A stretch of 64,000 nucleotides of DNA from Eledone cirrhosa (lineage: Eukaryota), in the NCBI GenBank assembly GCA_964016885.1, contig OZ024741.1:69998001-70062000 (forward strand). Reading direction: 5' to 3'. Position numbers and translations under genes: made by a program. The notes below the pieces were generated by a model. The model had not been told where the DNA came from. It worked only from the letters and a program-made list of their open reading frames with translations, and ran no database searches. Positions 41,306-54,080 of the stretch are shown here, piece after piece. The stretch's first letter is position 1. The number at the start of each line of letters is the position of its first letter.

Positions 41306-43604
41306 CAATATATTAATAAATGGAAACTATATTTATAAAACCATAATTATTTTATTATATATATTTCAAGGGCGACCAAGGTAAATTATGGTGCGCTTTC
41401 ATCAGATAAAATACAGATTTGTTTTATAAATAAATATTGACATACCCGGAAAAAAGACAACCTCAACGGTTGAAATTCGCTGGATAGTGGAGATACTTGA
41501 GGATGATACAAATTAGTGAGTGAGTATGCAAATGAGTGTCGGAAAAATTGAAAAAAACAACGATATGCTATTGCTTATTGAAAATAATAATAATTGTGAA
41601 ATCAATAGGAAAAGAAAACTAATTATACAATTTTTTAATAATCTTAATCTTAAAGTAGAAGTAGAGAATAATTATATAATAGTTAACTTTTTAGATGTAA
41701 CTTTAAACCTTAATACTGGTCTTTATTATCCTTTTCATAAAATCAATGAGAATTTAAACTATGTTAACTTTAATTCCAATCACCCGAAATATTCTTCATA
41801 CTAAAATCTAAGAAATAATTTATTTAGTTCGTGTAAACATCGGTTAAACTCAACTTTTAGATATATATAAAATGTAATATATGTTCATTCTTCGTTACAT
41901 AACGTTCCATCCAAACACCTATAATCTCTTCCCTCAGATTATATAGATTCTAACCTTCCTAAATATATAAAGTACACTTATTATTTTTAATTTTAATTTA
42001 CGGCTGAAAACCAATACTTATATTATCGCACTCTCCAGAAATTCTTTTATGAAAATATTTTGAAAAATTCTAAAAATTTCCTTCGAAACACCTCCTGGAA
42101 ATATTTGTATAACTTATGATTAAATTTCTGAAAGGTTCTTTTGAATGATATGAATTTCCATTACCCCTACATATTCTAAACATGCTTAATACTTATGTAT
42201 TTTCTTATATATCCATCTATTTTAAATACTTATGTATTTTCTTATATATCCAACTATTCTTAATACTTATGTATTTTCTTATATATCCAATTATTTTTAA
42301 TACTTATGTATTTTCATATATATCCAATCATTTTTATATATATATGTGCAATAATTATGTCTTATATTTTAATCATATCTTAATTATATTTTAAGATGAA
42401 TTTTTATAACTTCTTATAACTTTTGTAGTGATTTTTATCTATCCTTGAATCATTTGGGTTATAAAAAATCCCTTTTTAACTTCCTTTAAACCTCCTTATT
42501 GTTTTTATTATCTCAATCTTTATAGTCTTAATTTATAGTCGAAACTGTAAACTGTTTTAATATATACTCCTAATTAAATAATTTTTCCTTTCTAAACTCT
42601 CGTAAATCTTCATAAATATTTGGTGTTTAAGATTTGACTTACAACTATTAATAAACTCTGGCTAAATATAATTTTGCCAAACTTACTTTAATCAATTAAA
42701 CTATACTTGTTTTTTTTCCAATGCAAAATATTATACATTCAAATATTTTATAACCTATAACATAAAATACCCATCTAAACCTATATAGTATTAATACATC
42801 TTAATAAATTTTAAATACTTCTTTTTGTAATATATCTTATTGTAATTATTTAAATTTTAATTAAATTCTAATTAAATTCTAATTAAATTTTAATTAAATT
42901 TCTGGTTAAATTTTTAACTAAATTATAACAATATTCTTTTGTAAAGTTTTCGTATCAATAATTTAACTTAATTTTTTTAACTTTACCTTTATAAGTAATA
43001 TAAACACAACATAACGAATAATATGTTTACATTGTGACTACTCATCACTTCGCCCATCTTTCTCTTTCCTCTCCCTCTCACTATTTTTCCTCCTTTTTTT
43101 CCCAATATTTTTTCAACATTCTTTTTTCAACAATACTTTTTTATTTCTCTCTCCATCTCAATTATTTGTTCTTTCCTTCACTCTCTCTCAATATTATATC
43201 TTTTCTCTTTTTCTTCTATCTCTCTCTTTCTCTTTCTATTCTCTTTATCTCTCTCCCTCTCAATTTTTTGTCTCTCTCCTTTTTACATCTATCTTGTCTC
43301 TCTCCCTTTTACATCTATTTTCTTCCAGCAGTTTAATTTAAATAAATCGTTGTTTTTTTCAATTTTTCCGACACTCATTTGCATACTCACTCACTAATTT
43401 GTATCATCCTCAAGTATCTCCACTATCCAGCGAATTTCAACCGTTGGGGTTGTCTTTTTTCCGGGTATGTCAATATTTATTTATAAAACAAATTTGTATT
43501 TTATCTGATGAAAGCGCACCATAATTTACCTTGGCCGCCCTTGAAATATATATAATAAAATAATTATGGTTTTATAAATATAGTTTCCATTTATTAATAT
43601 ATTG
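41306..43604 (+). mobile_element. Truncated Penelope-like element with inverted pLTRs
   Basis: Inverted arms of about 259 bp (41306-41564 and 43346-43604), each with an HHR. RT C-terminal relic at 41570-41800 (VNFLDVTLNL..YPFHK..YVNFNSNHP). Confidence 0.8.
43497..43562 (+). ncRNA. Hammerhead ribozyme in a Penelope pLTR (mirror copy on - at about 41348-41413; relative at 38964-39024)
   Basis: tattttat-CTGATGA-aagcg...cgccctt-GAAA-tatat-ATA^-ataaaata. Confidence 0.72.
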
Positions 43605-43878
43605 TATATATACTGGGACCGAGAAGACAGCAAATCAAAGAAGTGGTCGATACATAGTAGGATGCAGAGTGGGAATATTAGTGGAAGTAGATGATCTACT
43701 GCTAGCTCGTAGGTAACTAGCCGAAACTACCGAGCTCACAGTAGAACCTCTATTTCCACTACGAACTGTTTCATTCGGGAGAAATCATCAAGAAGCCATT
43801 GTTATATTAAACATTTATACTCTGCTATATCTTCCTGATGATTTTTTTCCGAATGAAACAGTTCTAGTACTGTGGAAC

Positions 43879-43944
<66 letters not shown>

Positions 43945-43968
43945 TGTTCCGCATAACCATGACCAGTA

Positions 43969-44006
43969 CGAGCTGAAGATCCGCTAAGATGAAACAATTG
44001 TTCTCG
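43969..44006 (+). ncRNA. Hammerhead-like motif (3' half also at about 38231-38290)
   Basis: cgag-CTGAAGA-tccgctaagat-GAAA-caatt-GTT^-ctcg; stem II is weak; stem III is the palindrome AACAATTGTT. Confidence 0.6.
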
Positions 44007-44035
44007 GTATGGTGAACTAACTGTTGTGTTACCAC

Positions 44036-44126
<91 letters not shown>

Positions 44127-44279
44127 TGTAATAAACAACATAAGGCAATTATTCCATTTACCAGTGGTTTCTTAAAAGCAAAAGATTTTGCTTTCAATCA
44201 TCAGAATGAAAAAATCCTGGTCTATTTATTGATATTGGATTCTAATAGAATCCAATATCAATAAATAGACCAGGATTTT

Positions 44280-44336
44280 TTCATTCTGATGATTGAAAGC
44301 AAAGTTTTTGCTTTTAAGAAACCACTGGTAAATGGA
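44280..44336 (+). ncRNA. Type I hammerhead ribozyme (mirror copy on - at about 44153-44210)
   Basis: tcatt-CTGATGA-ttgaaagcaaa(gtt)tttgcttttaa-GAAA-ccactg-GTA^-aatgg. Confidence 0.88.
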
Positions 44337-44433
44337 ATAATTGCCTTATGTTGTTTATTACATAACTATTAAGCTCTGTTACCTACATAGAGCACTCTTT
44401 TTTCCTGGACTTTTCCGGCGGAATTACTTCATT

Positions 44434-44467
<34 letters not shown>

Positions 44468-45133
44468 CACATATGGTGGCTACCAACTCGTTTTCGAGTA
44501 CGGCCACTACTTTATATCCATGTAGGAGAACCCCTACCGATGCGCTGAACGAGTGTGACTTTTTAGTCCAGCCACCGACTTGAAAACTCTGGTACAAACA
44601 CTACACTTGTGACAATTATTGACACACAGTGCTGGGCCCATGGTACCATGTAACGACAAGTGCAGAGATATCTCCAGATATAAAGCAATGCCTGTGCCGT
44701 GAAGCTTTTATAGTGAGCAAAGGCACTGCATAAAGCCAGTCCCACTCTCTTCACCAAGATGATATTTACCAAAAAGAATAACAAGTCAACATCATTGGAT
44801 ACCATCAGGGTTGCAGGTGTTATATCAGAGTTTTCCTTCTCCTAGAATTCTGCCTTGACAAAGGCTAAGGGGTCATCTCTCCCGGTGATTTTGGATGGCC
44901 ATTGACTCTTAAGAGCTCCTTTGCCCTTTGACCTTTGACAGATTTTGTTTTTAGTCCTGCAGGGTGTCCAAAGTCACCCTCCTCACCAAGAAACCTTGGT
45001 GGGGTTGCCAGTTTTGTCGCCAACGACCCGACCATGAGACAGGTTGTACTGGGATACATGTTACCAGTAGCACCAACTGGTGACCTATACACATATATAT
45101 ATATACATACATATATATATGTGTGTGTGTGTG

Positions 45134-45190
<57 letters not shown>

Positions 45191-45202
<12 letters not shown>

Positions 45203-48200
45203 TATAGACATAGAATATTCGAAAATATTCTGTATGTTTATAATAAACATTTTGAAGACCTAATCGCTATAGAATAGAATACGTCACGTATTACAATTAG
45301 ATTCTCGATAAAAGCAAGGGAAGTAATCTACGCGTTTCATTCTTGTTAGAATTCATCAGGACTACATATCCAGTGCTTTTATCGAGAATGACACAGCTAG
45401 AGACTTATAGAATACTTAGCTGTGTACAGGAACTGGTTTGAAAGAGCGGTTGCCGGTCCGGCAGAAATTAGAAATTGGAATAAATGCTCTGAAATAGCGA
45501 TATATATATGAATATAGACATAGAATATTCGAAAATATTCTGTATGTTTATAATAAACATTTTGAAGACCTAATCGCTATAGAATAGAATACGTCACGTA
45601 TTACAATTAGATTCTCGATAAAAGCAAGGGAAGTAATCTACGCGTTTCATTCTTGTTAGAATTCATCAGGACTACATATCCAGTGCTTTTATCGAGAATG
45701 ACACAGCTAGAGACTTATAGAATACTTAGCTGTGTACAGGAACTGGTTTGAAAGAGCGGTTGCCGGTCCGGCAGAAATTAGAAATTGGAATAAATGCTCT
45801 GAAATAGCGATATATATATGAATATAGACATAGAATATTCGAAAATATTCTGTATGTTTATAATAAACATTTTGAAGACCTAATCGCTATAGAATAGAAT
45901 ACGTCACGTATTACAATTAGATTCTCGATAAAAGCAAGGGAAGTAATCTACGCGTTTCATTCTTGTTAGAATTCATCAGGACTACATATCCAGTGCTTTT
46001 ATCGAGAATGACACAGCTAGAGACTTATAGAATACTTAGCTGTGTACAGGAACTGGTTTGAAAGAGCGGTTGCCGGTCCGGCAGAAATTAGAAATTGGAA
46101 TAAATGCTCTGAAATAGCGATATATATATGAATATAGACATAGAATATTCGAAAATATTCTGTATGTTTATAATAAACATTTTGAAGACCTAATCGCTAT
46201 AGAATAGAATACGTCACGTATTACAATTAGATTCTCGATAAAAGCAAGGGAAGTAATCTACGCGTTTCATTCTTGTTAGAATTCATCAGGACTACATATC
46301 CAGTGCTTTTATCGAGAATGACACAGCTAGAGACTTATAGAATACTTAGCTGTGTACAGGAACTGGTTTGAAAGAGCGGTTGCCGGTCCGGCAGAAATTA
46401 GAAATTGGAATAAATGCTCTGAAATAGCGATATATATATGAATATAGACATAGAATATTCGAAAATATTCTGTATGTTTATAATAAACATTTTGAAGACC
46501 TAATCGCTATAGAATAGAATACGTCACGTATTACAATTAGATTCTCGATAAAAGCAAGGGAAGTAATCTACGCGTTTCATTCTTGTTAGAATTCATCAGG
46601 ACTACATATCCAGTGCTTTTATCGAGAATGACACAGCTAGAGACTTATAGAATACTTAGCTGTGTACAGGAACTGGTTTGAAAGAGCGGTTGCCGGTCCG
46701 GCAGAAATTAGAAATTGGAATAAATGCTCTGAAATAGCGATATATATATGAATATAGACATAGAATATTCGAAAATATTCTGTATGTTTATAATAAACAT
46801 TTTGAAGACCTAATCGCTATAGAATAGAATACGTCACGTATTACAATTAGATTCTCGATAAAAGCAAGGGAAGTAATCTACGCGTTTCATTCTTGTTAGA
46901 ATTCATCAGGACTACATATCCAGTGCTTTTATCGAGAATGACACAGCTAGAGACTTATAGAATACTTAGCTGTGTACAGGAACTGGTTTGAAAGAGCGGT
47001 TGCCGGTCCGGCAGAAATTAGAAATTGGAATAAATGCTCTGAAATAGCGATATATATATGAATATAGACATAGAATATTCGAAAATATTCTGTATGTTTA
47101 TAATAAACATTTTGAAGACCTAATCGCTATAGAATAGAATACGTCACGTATTACAATTAGATTCTCGATAAAAGCAAGGGAAGTAATCTACGCGTTTCAT
47201 TCTTGTTAGAATTCATCAGGACTACATATCCAGTGCTTTTATCGAGAATGACACAGCTAGAGACTTATAGAATACTTAGCTGTGTACAGGAACTGGTTTG
47301 AAAGAGCGGTTGCCGGTCCGGCAGAAATTAGAAATTGGAATAAATGCTCTGAAATAGCGATATATATATGAATATAGACATAGAATATTCGAAAATATTC
47401 TGTATGTTTATAATAAACATTTTGAAGACCTAATCGCTATAGAATAGAATACGTCACGTATTACAATTAGATTCTCGATAAAAGCAAGGGAAGTAATCTA
47501 CGCGTTTCATTCTTGTTAGAATTCATCAGGACTACATATCCAGTGCTTTTATCGAGAATGACACAGCTAGAGACTTATAGAATACTTAGCTGTGTACAGG
47601 AACTGGTTTGAAAGAGCGGTTGCCGGTCCGGCAGAAATTAGAAATTGGAATAAATGCTCTGAAATAGCGATATATATATGAATATAGACATAGAATATTC
47701 GAAAATATTCTGTATGTTTATAATAAACATTTTGAAGACCTCATCGCTATAGAATAGAATACGTCACGTATTACAATTAGATTCTCGATAAAAGCAAGGG
47801 AAGTAATCTACGCGTTTCATTCTTGTTAGAATTCATCAGGACTACATATCCAGTGCTTTTATCTATAGCGATTAGGTCTTCAAAATGTTTATTATAAACA
47901 TACAGAATATTTTCGAATATTCTATGTCTATATTCATATATATATCGCTATTTCAGAGCATTTATTCCAATTTCTAATTTCTGCCGGACCGGCAACCGCT
48001 CTTTCAAACCAGTTCCTGTACACAGCTAAGTATTCTATAAGTCTCTAGCTGTGTCATTCTCGATAAAAGCACTGGATATGTAGTCCTGATGAATTCTAAC
48101 AAGAATGAAACGCGTAGATTACTTCCCTTGCTTTTATCGAGAATCTAATTGTAATACGTGACGTATTCTATTCTATAGCGATTAGGTCTTCAAAATGTTT

Positions 48201-51200
48201 ATTATAAACATACAGAATATTTTCGAATATTCTATGTCTATATTCATATATATATCGCTATTTCAGAGCATTTATTCCAATTTCTAATTTCTGCCGGACC
48301 GGCAACCGCTCTTTCAAACCAGTTCCTGTACACAGCTAAGTATTCTATAAGTCTCTAGCTGTGTCATTCTCGATAAAAGCACTGGATATGTAGTCCTGAT
48401 GAATTCTAACAAGAATGAAACGCGTAGATTACTTCCCTTGCTTTTATCGAGAATCTAATTGTAATACGTGACGTATTCTATTCTATAGCGATTAGGTCTT
48501 CAAAATGTTTATTATAAACATACAGAATATTTTCGAATATTCTATGTCTATATTCATATATATATCGCTATTTCAGAGCATTTATTCCAATTTCTAATTT
48601 CTGCCGGACCGGCAACCGCTCTTTCAAACCAGTTCCTGTACACAGCTAAGTATTCTATAAGTCTCTAGCTGTGTCATTCTCGATAAAAGCACTGGATATG
48701 TAGTCCTGATGAATTCTAACAAGAATGAAACGCGTAGATTACTTCCCTTGCTTTTATCGAGAATCTAATTGTAATACGTGACGTATTCTATTCTATAGCG
48801 ATTAGGTCTTCAAAATGTTTATTATAAACATACAGAATATTTTCGAATATTCTATGTCTATATTCATATATATATCGCTATTTCAGAGCATTTATTCCAA
48901 TTTCTAATTTCTGCCGGACCGGCAACCGCTCTTTCAAACCAGTTCCTGTACACAGCTAAGTATTCTATAAGTCTCTAGCTGTGTCATTCTCGATAAAAGC
49001 ACTGGATATGTAGTCCTGATGAATTCTAACAAGAATGAAACGCGTAGATTACTTCCCTTGCTTTTATCGAGAATCTAATTGTAATACGTGACGTATTCTA
49101 TTCTATAGCGATTAGGTCTTCAAAATGTTTATTATAAACATACAGAATATTTTCGAATATTCTATGTCTATATTCATATATATATCGCTATTTCAGAGCA
49201 TTTATTCCAATTTCTAATTTCTGCCGGACCGGCAACCGCTCTTTCAAACCAGTTCCTGTACACAGCTAAGTATTCTATAAGTCTCTAGCTGTGTCATTCT
49301 CGATAAAAGCACTGGATATGTAGTCCTGATGAATTCTAACAAGAATGAAACGCGTAGATTACTTCCCTTGCTTTTATCGAGAATCTAATTGTAATACGTG
49401 ACGTATTCTATTCTATAGCGATTAGGTCTTCAAAATGTTTATTATAAACATACAGAATATTTTCGAATATTCTATGTCTATATTCATATATATATCGCTA
49501 TTTCAGAGCATTTATTCCAATTTCTAATTTCTGCCGGACCGGCAACCGCTCTTTCAAACCAGTTCCTGTACACAGCTAAGTATTCTATAAGTCTCTAGCT
49601 GTGTCATTCTCGATAAAAGCACTGGATATGTAGTCCTGATGAATTCTAACAAGAATGAAACGCGTAGATTACTTCCCTTGCTTTTATCGAGAATCTAATT
49701 GTAATACGTGACGTATTCTATTCTATAGCGATTAGGTCTTCAAAATGTTTATTATAAACATACAGAATATTTTCGAATATTCTATGTCTATATTCATATA
49801 TATATCGCTATTTCAGAGCATTTATTCCAATTTCTAATTTCTGCCGGACCGGCAACCGCTCTTTCAAACCAGTTCCTGTACACAGCTAAGTATTCTATAA
49901 GTCTCTAGCTGTGTCATTCTCGATAAAAGCACTGGATATGTAGTCCTGATGAATTCTAACAAGAATGAAACGCGTAGATTACTTCCCTTGCTTTTATCGA
50001 GAATCTAATTGTAATACGTGACGTATTCTATTCTATAGCGATTAGGTCTTCAAAATGTTTATTATAAACATACAGAATATTTTCGAATATTCTATGTCTA
50101 TATTCATATATATATCGCTATTTCAGAGCATTTATTCCAATTTCTAATTTCTGCCGGACCGGCAACCGCTCTTTCAAACCAGTTCCTGTACACAGCTAAG
50201 TATTCTATAAGTCTCTAGCTGTGTCATTCTCGATAAAAGCACTGGATATGTAGTCCTGATGAATTCTAACAAGAATGAAACGCGTAGATTACTTCCCTTG
50301 CTTTTATCGAGAATCTAATTGTAATACGTGACGTATTCTATTCTATAGCGATTAGGTCTTCAAAATGTTTATTATAAACATACAGAATATTTTCGAATAT
50401 TCTATGTCTATATTCATATATATATCGCTATTTCAGAGCATTTATTCCAATTTCTAATTTCTGCCGGACCGGCAACCGCTCTTTCAAACCAGTTCCTGTA
50501 CACAGCTAAGTATTCTATAAGTCTCTAGCTGTGTCATTCTCGATAAAAGCACTGGATATGTAGTCCTGATGAATTCTAACAAGAATGAAACGCGTAGATT
50601 ACTTCCCTTGCTTTTATCGAGAATCTAATTGTAATACGTGACGTATTCTATTCTATAGCGATTAGGTCTTCAAAATGTTTATTATAAACATACAGAATAT
50701 TTTCGAATATTCTATGTCTATATTCATATATATATCGCTATTTCAGAGCATTTATTCCAATTTCTAATTTCTGCCGGACCGGCAACCGCTCTTTCAAACC
50801 AGTTCCTGTACACAGCTAAGTATTCTATAAGTCTCTAGCTGTGTCATTCTCGATAAAAGCACTGGATATGTAGTCCTGATGAATTCTAACAAGAATGAAA
50901 CGCGTAGATTACTTCCCTTGCTTTTATCGAGAATCTAATTGTAATACGTGACGTATTCTATTCTATAGCGATTAGGTCTTCAAAATGTTTATTATAAACA
51001 TACAGAATATTTTCGAATATTCTATGTCTATATTCATATATATATCGCTATTTCAGAGCATTTATTCCAATTTCTAATTTCTGCCGGACCGGCAACCGCT
51101 CTTTCAAACCAGTTCCTGTACACAGCTAAGTATTCTATAAGTCTCTAGCTGTGTCATTCTCGATAAAAGCACTGGATATGTAGTCCTGATGAATTCTAAC

Positions 51201-51380
51201 AAGAATGAAACGCGTAGATTACTTCCCTTGCTTTTATCGAGAATCTAATTGTAATACGTGACGTATTCTATTCTATAGCGATTAGGTCTTCAAAATGTTT
51301 ATTATAAACATACAGAATATTTTCGAATATTCTATGTCTATATTCATATATATATCGCTATTTCAGAGCATTTATTCCAA
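45191..51380. mobile_element. Palindromic tandem array of a 310-bp hammerhead-bearing unit (non-LTR retrozyme-like), about 8.6 + 11.3 copies head-to-head
   Basis: Exact 310-bp period (aatatagaca at 45201, 45511 ... 47681). Orientation flips at about 47862, then attaggtctt recurs at 47871, 48181 ... 51281. One visible SNP (47722). (TA)n on both flanks. Confidence 0.92.
48056..48144 (+). ncRNA. Type I hammerhead ribozyme, representative copy (11 on + in the right arm, 9 on - in the left arm)
   Basis: gtagtc-CTGATGA-attct(aaca)agaat-GAAA-cgc-GTA^-gattac. Stem I is extended by a perfect 16-bp helix attctcgataaaagca/tgcttttatcgagaat. Predicted cleavage between 48116 and 48117. Confidence 0.92.
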
Positions 51381-51739
51381 TATATATATATATATATTTG
51401 TATACATATACATATACAGGTGTGTGTGTTACATTGGATAGATACTATTGGAGCCATATTGCTCAGTTTTAAGTGATCCCAAATATAACATCCTTCACAA
51501 AATTAAAAAAGAATTCAGTAGTAGGGCCCTAATCGGCTTTCCACTAGTTTTCTAATGGAGTGCCGACACGAACTGGCATCCTCTGTAGTTAATCTCTGGA
51601 GGATATCGCTGGACGTATCTCAGTCTGTTATCCCAGTTTTCAGAAAATGAATATCTTACTTGTAGAGAATTACCATCGTATTTTACTTACTACTCATATC
51701 ATTAAAGTATTTGAAAGGGTGGTGAGATCAAGAATAAAT

Positions 51740-52450
51740 AAATTCCTAAATCTCTTTTGACCACTTTGATGATATTTTAGATATTTTAGGAAAATACTTC
51801 ATCGCATATGTCAAGAACCTTGACGTCAGCAAGGTTTTCGGTAGAGACAACCACGGCATTCTATTGAAAGAAAAAATGTCAAAAAGTGTAGTCTGGAGAT
51901 AGCTGCTACAGTGGATTCAGAGTTTCTTGATAAACAGAACATATGTGATCGACGGAGTCTACTCGCCGAAAATTATTAGTGATGTCCTCAAGGGTATCGA
52001 GTTGGGTCAACGTATCTTCATTATTTATCGCTGGATTGGCAGTATCGGTAGAGGGTCGGACGCCATGCTTTGTAGCATAGAGTTACGGCCGTTTATGATC
52101 TGAGTTCAAATCCTGTCGAGGTTAACTTTGCCTTTCATCCTTACGGGGTCGATAAAATAAAGTACCAGTCACGCACTGGGATCGATTTAATCGACTTTAA
52201 TGATCCCCCAAAATTGCTGGCCTTGCGCCTATATAAGAAACCATTATTTATATAAATGAAATCACAAATATCATAAAACACAGTAAAAAACAAACAAACA
52301 AAAAAATTGCCGCAGAATCTAAACTTCAGAATGCCTTCGAAAGTATAGATTACCGCACAAAACTTCAGTTTGATCTAAGCGTTGTGATTCACCGGGCGTA
52401 AAATAAAACAAAATATGCTAAAATTTCTGTAAAATTTGAGTTCATCTACT
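51740..52450 (+). mobile_element. Old CR1/Jockey-like RT relic interrupted by a SINE
   Basis: Degenerate LD.SK.F..NHGILL, LLQWIQSFL.NRT, G.ELG..IFIIYINEI. Confidence 0.55.
52031..52241 (+). mobile_element. SINE copy with TSD cattatttat
   Basis: Duplication at 52019-52028 and 52242-52251. Confidence 0.85.
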
Positions 52451-53486
52451 TTGCAAAAGAAGTGGACTTCGCCATATTCTTTCCCCTTTGGCAAACATTG
52501 TATGGTATCAAATAATTGTTTCTACTTTAGGCACAAGGCCAGCAAATACCCAGTGCATTACTGGTACTTTATTTTATCGACCCCGTAAGGATGAAAGGCA
52601 AAGTCAAATGCAAGAGATATAGGTGCAACTGGTGATAAGTAATAAAGTGAAAATGGCCGATAGGATGTGTTCTTGGATCATTAGAGCAGTCTATCCTCAA
52701 GATTGATATGCCATCTTCTTTCTATTCTCTATCTCTACTTGGTTACTGTTCCCAAACACATTATTATGAGAACGGAAGCAGCCAGAGGTTAATTACAAAA
52801 TACTCCAGCGTCCCAAATAATAGGAGGTTGGTGTGGAATAAAGGTGGGCAGGTGGAACATGTGTGTGTGTGTAGTCGGTATTTTTTCTAGGTTGTCTCCG
52901 TTGATTTTTATAAACCAAAATTAGTCATTTAGTTTACATATTGAGACCCTAACACATCCTATTTATTTTATAACATATGGTATTTCTAGTAATCTACTTT
53001 TTTGTCATGTATAATGTTTTTTTAACGTATAAAGAAAATTAATTGTCGCAGGAATGTTACCACTTTAAACAAAATATCGCCGGGGATAGATTAGCAAAAT
53101 TTAATAAGCAGAGCAAGTGGAGGTGAAAAATTAGTAGGGGTGGGGGCATTATTCGAGACCTGAACGTAGATAAATATATGAAATAAAATAAAAATAATGA
53201 ATTGATAAATAAATGGCATAGAACTCCCACGCTGTTATCATTCTTGTACAGCACCACAGCGTACCTGTTTCTCGACTTTGTTGTGAACAACAATTAGTAT
53301 TTCACTTAAACACGGTAATAATAACCCTTGCTTCCCTCTATCTCCCCACCACACAGAAAACCCACACTGAAACCCCTAACACCCCTCCCTTTCCGTCATT
53401 CCCTGCACACAATGATGTCTTGTTTATACCACCCAATTATCGTGCCCCATTCACGCCTCGGTTGTAACACCTACATATTATTATAA

Positions 53487-53676
53487 CTGGATTGGCAGTA
53501 TCGGTAGAGGGTCGGACGCCATGCTTTGATGCATAGAGTTACGGCCCTTGCCATTCTGAGTTCAAATCCCGCCAAAGTTAACTTTGCCTTTCATCCTTAC
53601 GGGGTCGATAAAATAAAGTACCAGTAATACACTGGGATAATTGCTGGCCTTGTGCCAAAAGTAGAAACAATTATTA
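53487..53676 (+). mobile_element. tRNA-derived SINE, representative full copy
   Basis: A box tggcagtatcgg, B box gagttcaaatcc, central gcctttcatccttacggggtcgataaaataaagtaccag (resembles the Deu/Nin domain), (att)n tail. More than 15 copies or fragments in the window. Confidence 0.85.
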
Positions 53677-54004
53677 TACCTTACATTTACATCAGGAATA
53701 TTTTTTCTTCTTGTCCATTAGATTTGGAATCTACTACATCAATATCTATCATTTGATATTTTGCGTTAATATCACACCAATCTATCATACTGATATCAGA
53801 CACAGTCACATAATCTTCCACGCGTAAGTTCCCACTATTGCACTCACATACACTTACACACGTTCACACACAACCTCTCTTACTTTCACACATATGTTCG
53901 CATTTAACCGCTGTTCCACACATACACATACACACATATACTCAAATTTGCATTTCAGCCTTTCGATGTCGCTAAAAAAGTATCAGACCAGCACTGGCGT
54001 CGAT

Positions 54005-54080
<76 letters not shown>

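Noticed and set aside
43696-43746. Possible twister or other ribozyme hairpin (ctactg..agctcg..gccgaaacta.cgagct..cagtag)
   Set aside because: The hairpin is visible but no catalytic consensus or pseudoknot could be matched by eye.
45191-51380. CRISPR array or ordinary centromeric satellite
   Set aside because: No variable spacers, eukaryotic context, and a short inverted ribozyme-bearing array.
53487-53575. tRNA gene
   Set aside because: The A/B boxes belong to a multicopy SINE head; no cloverleaf.
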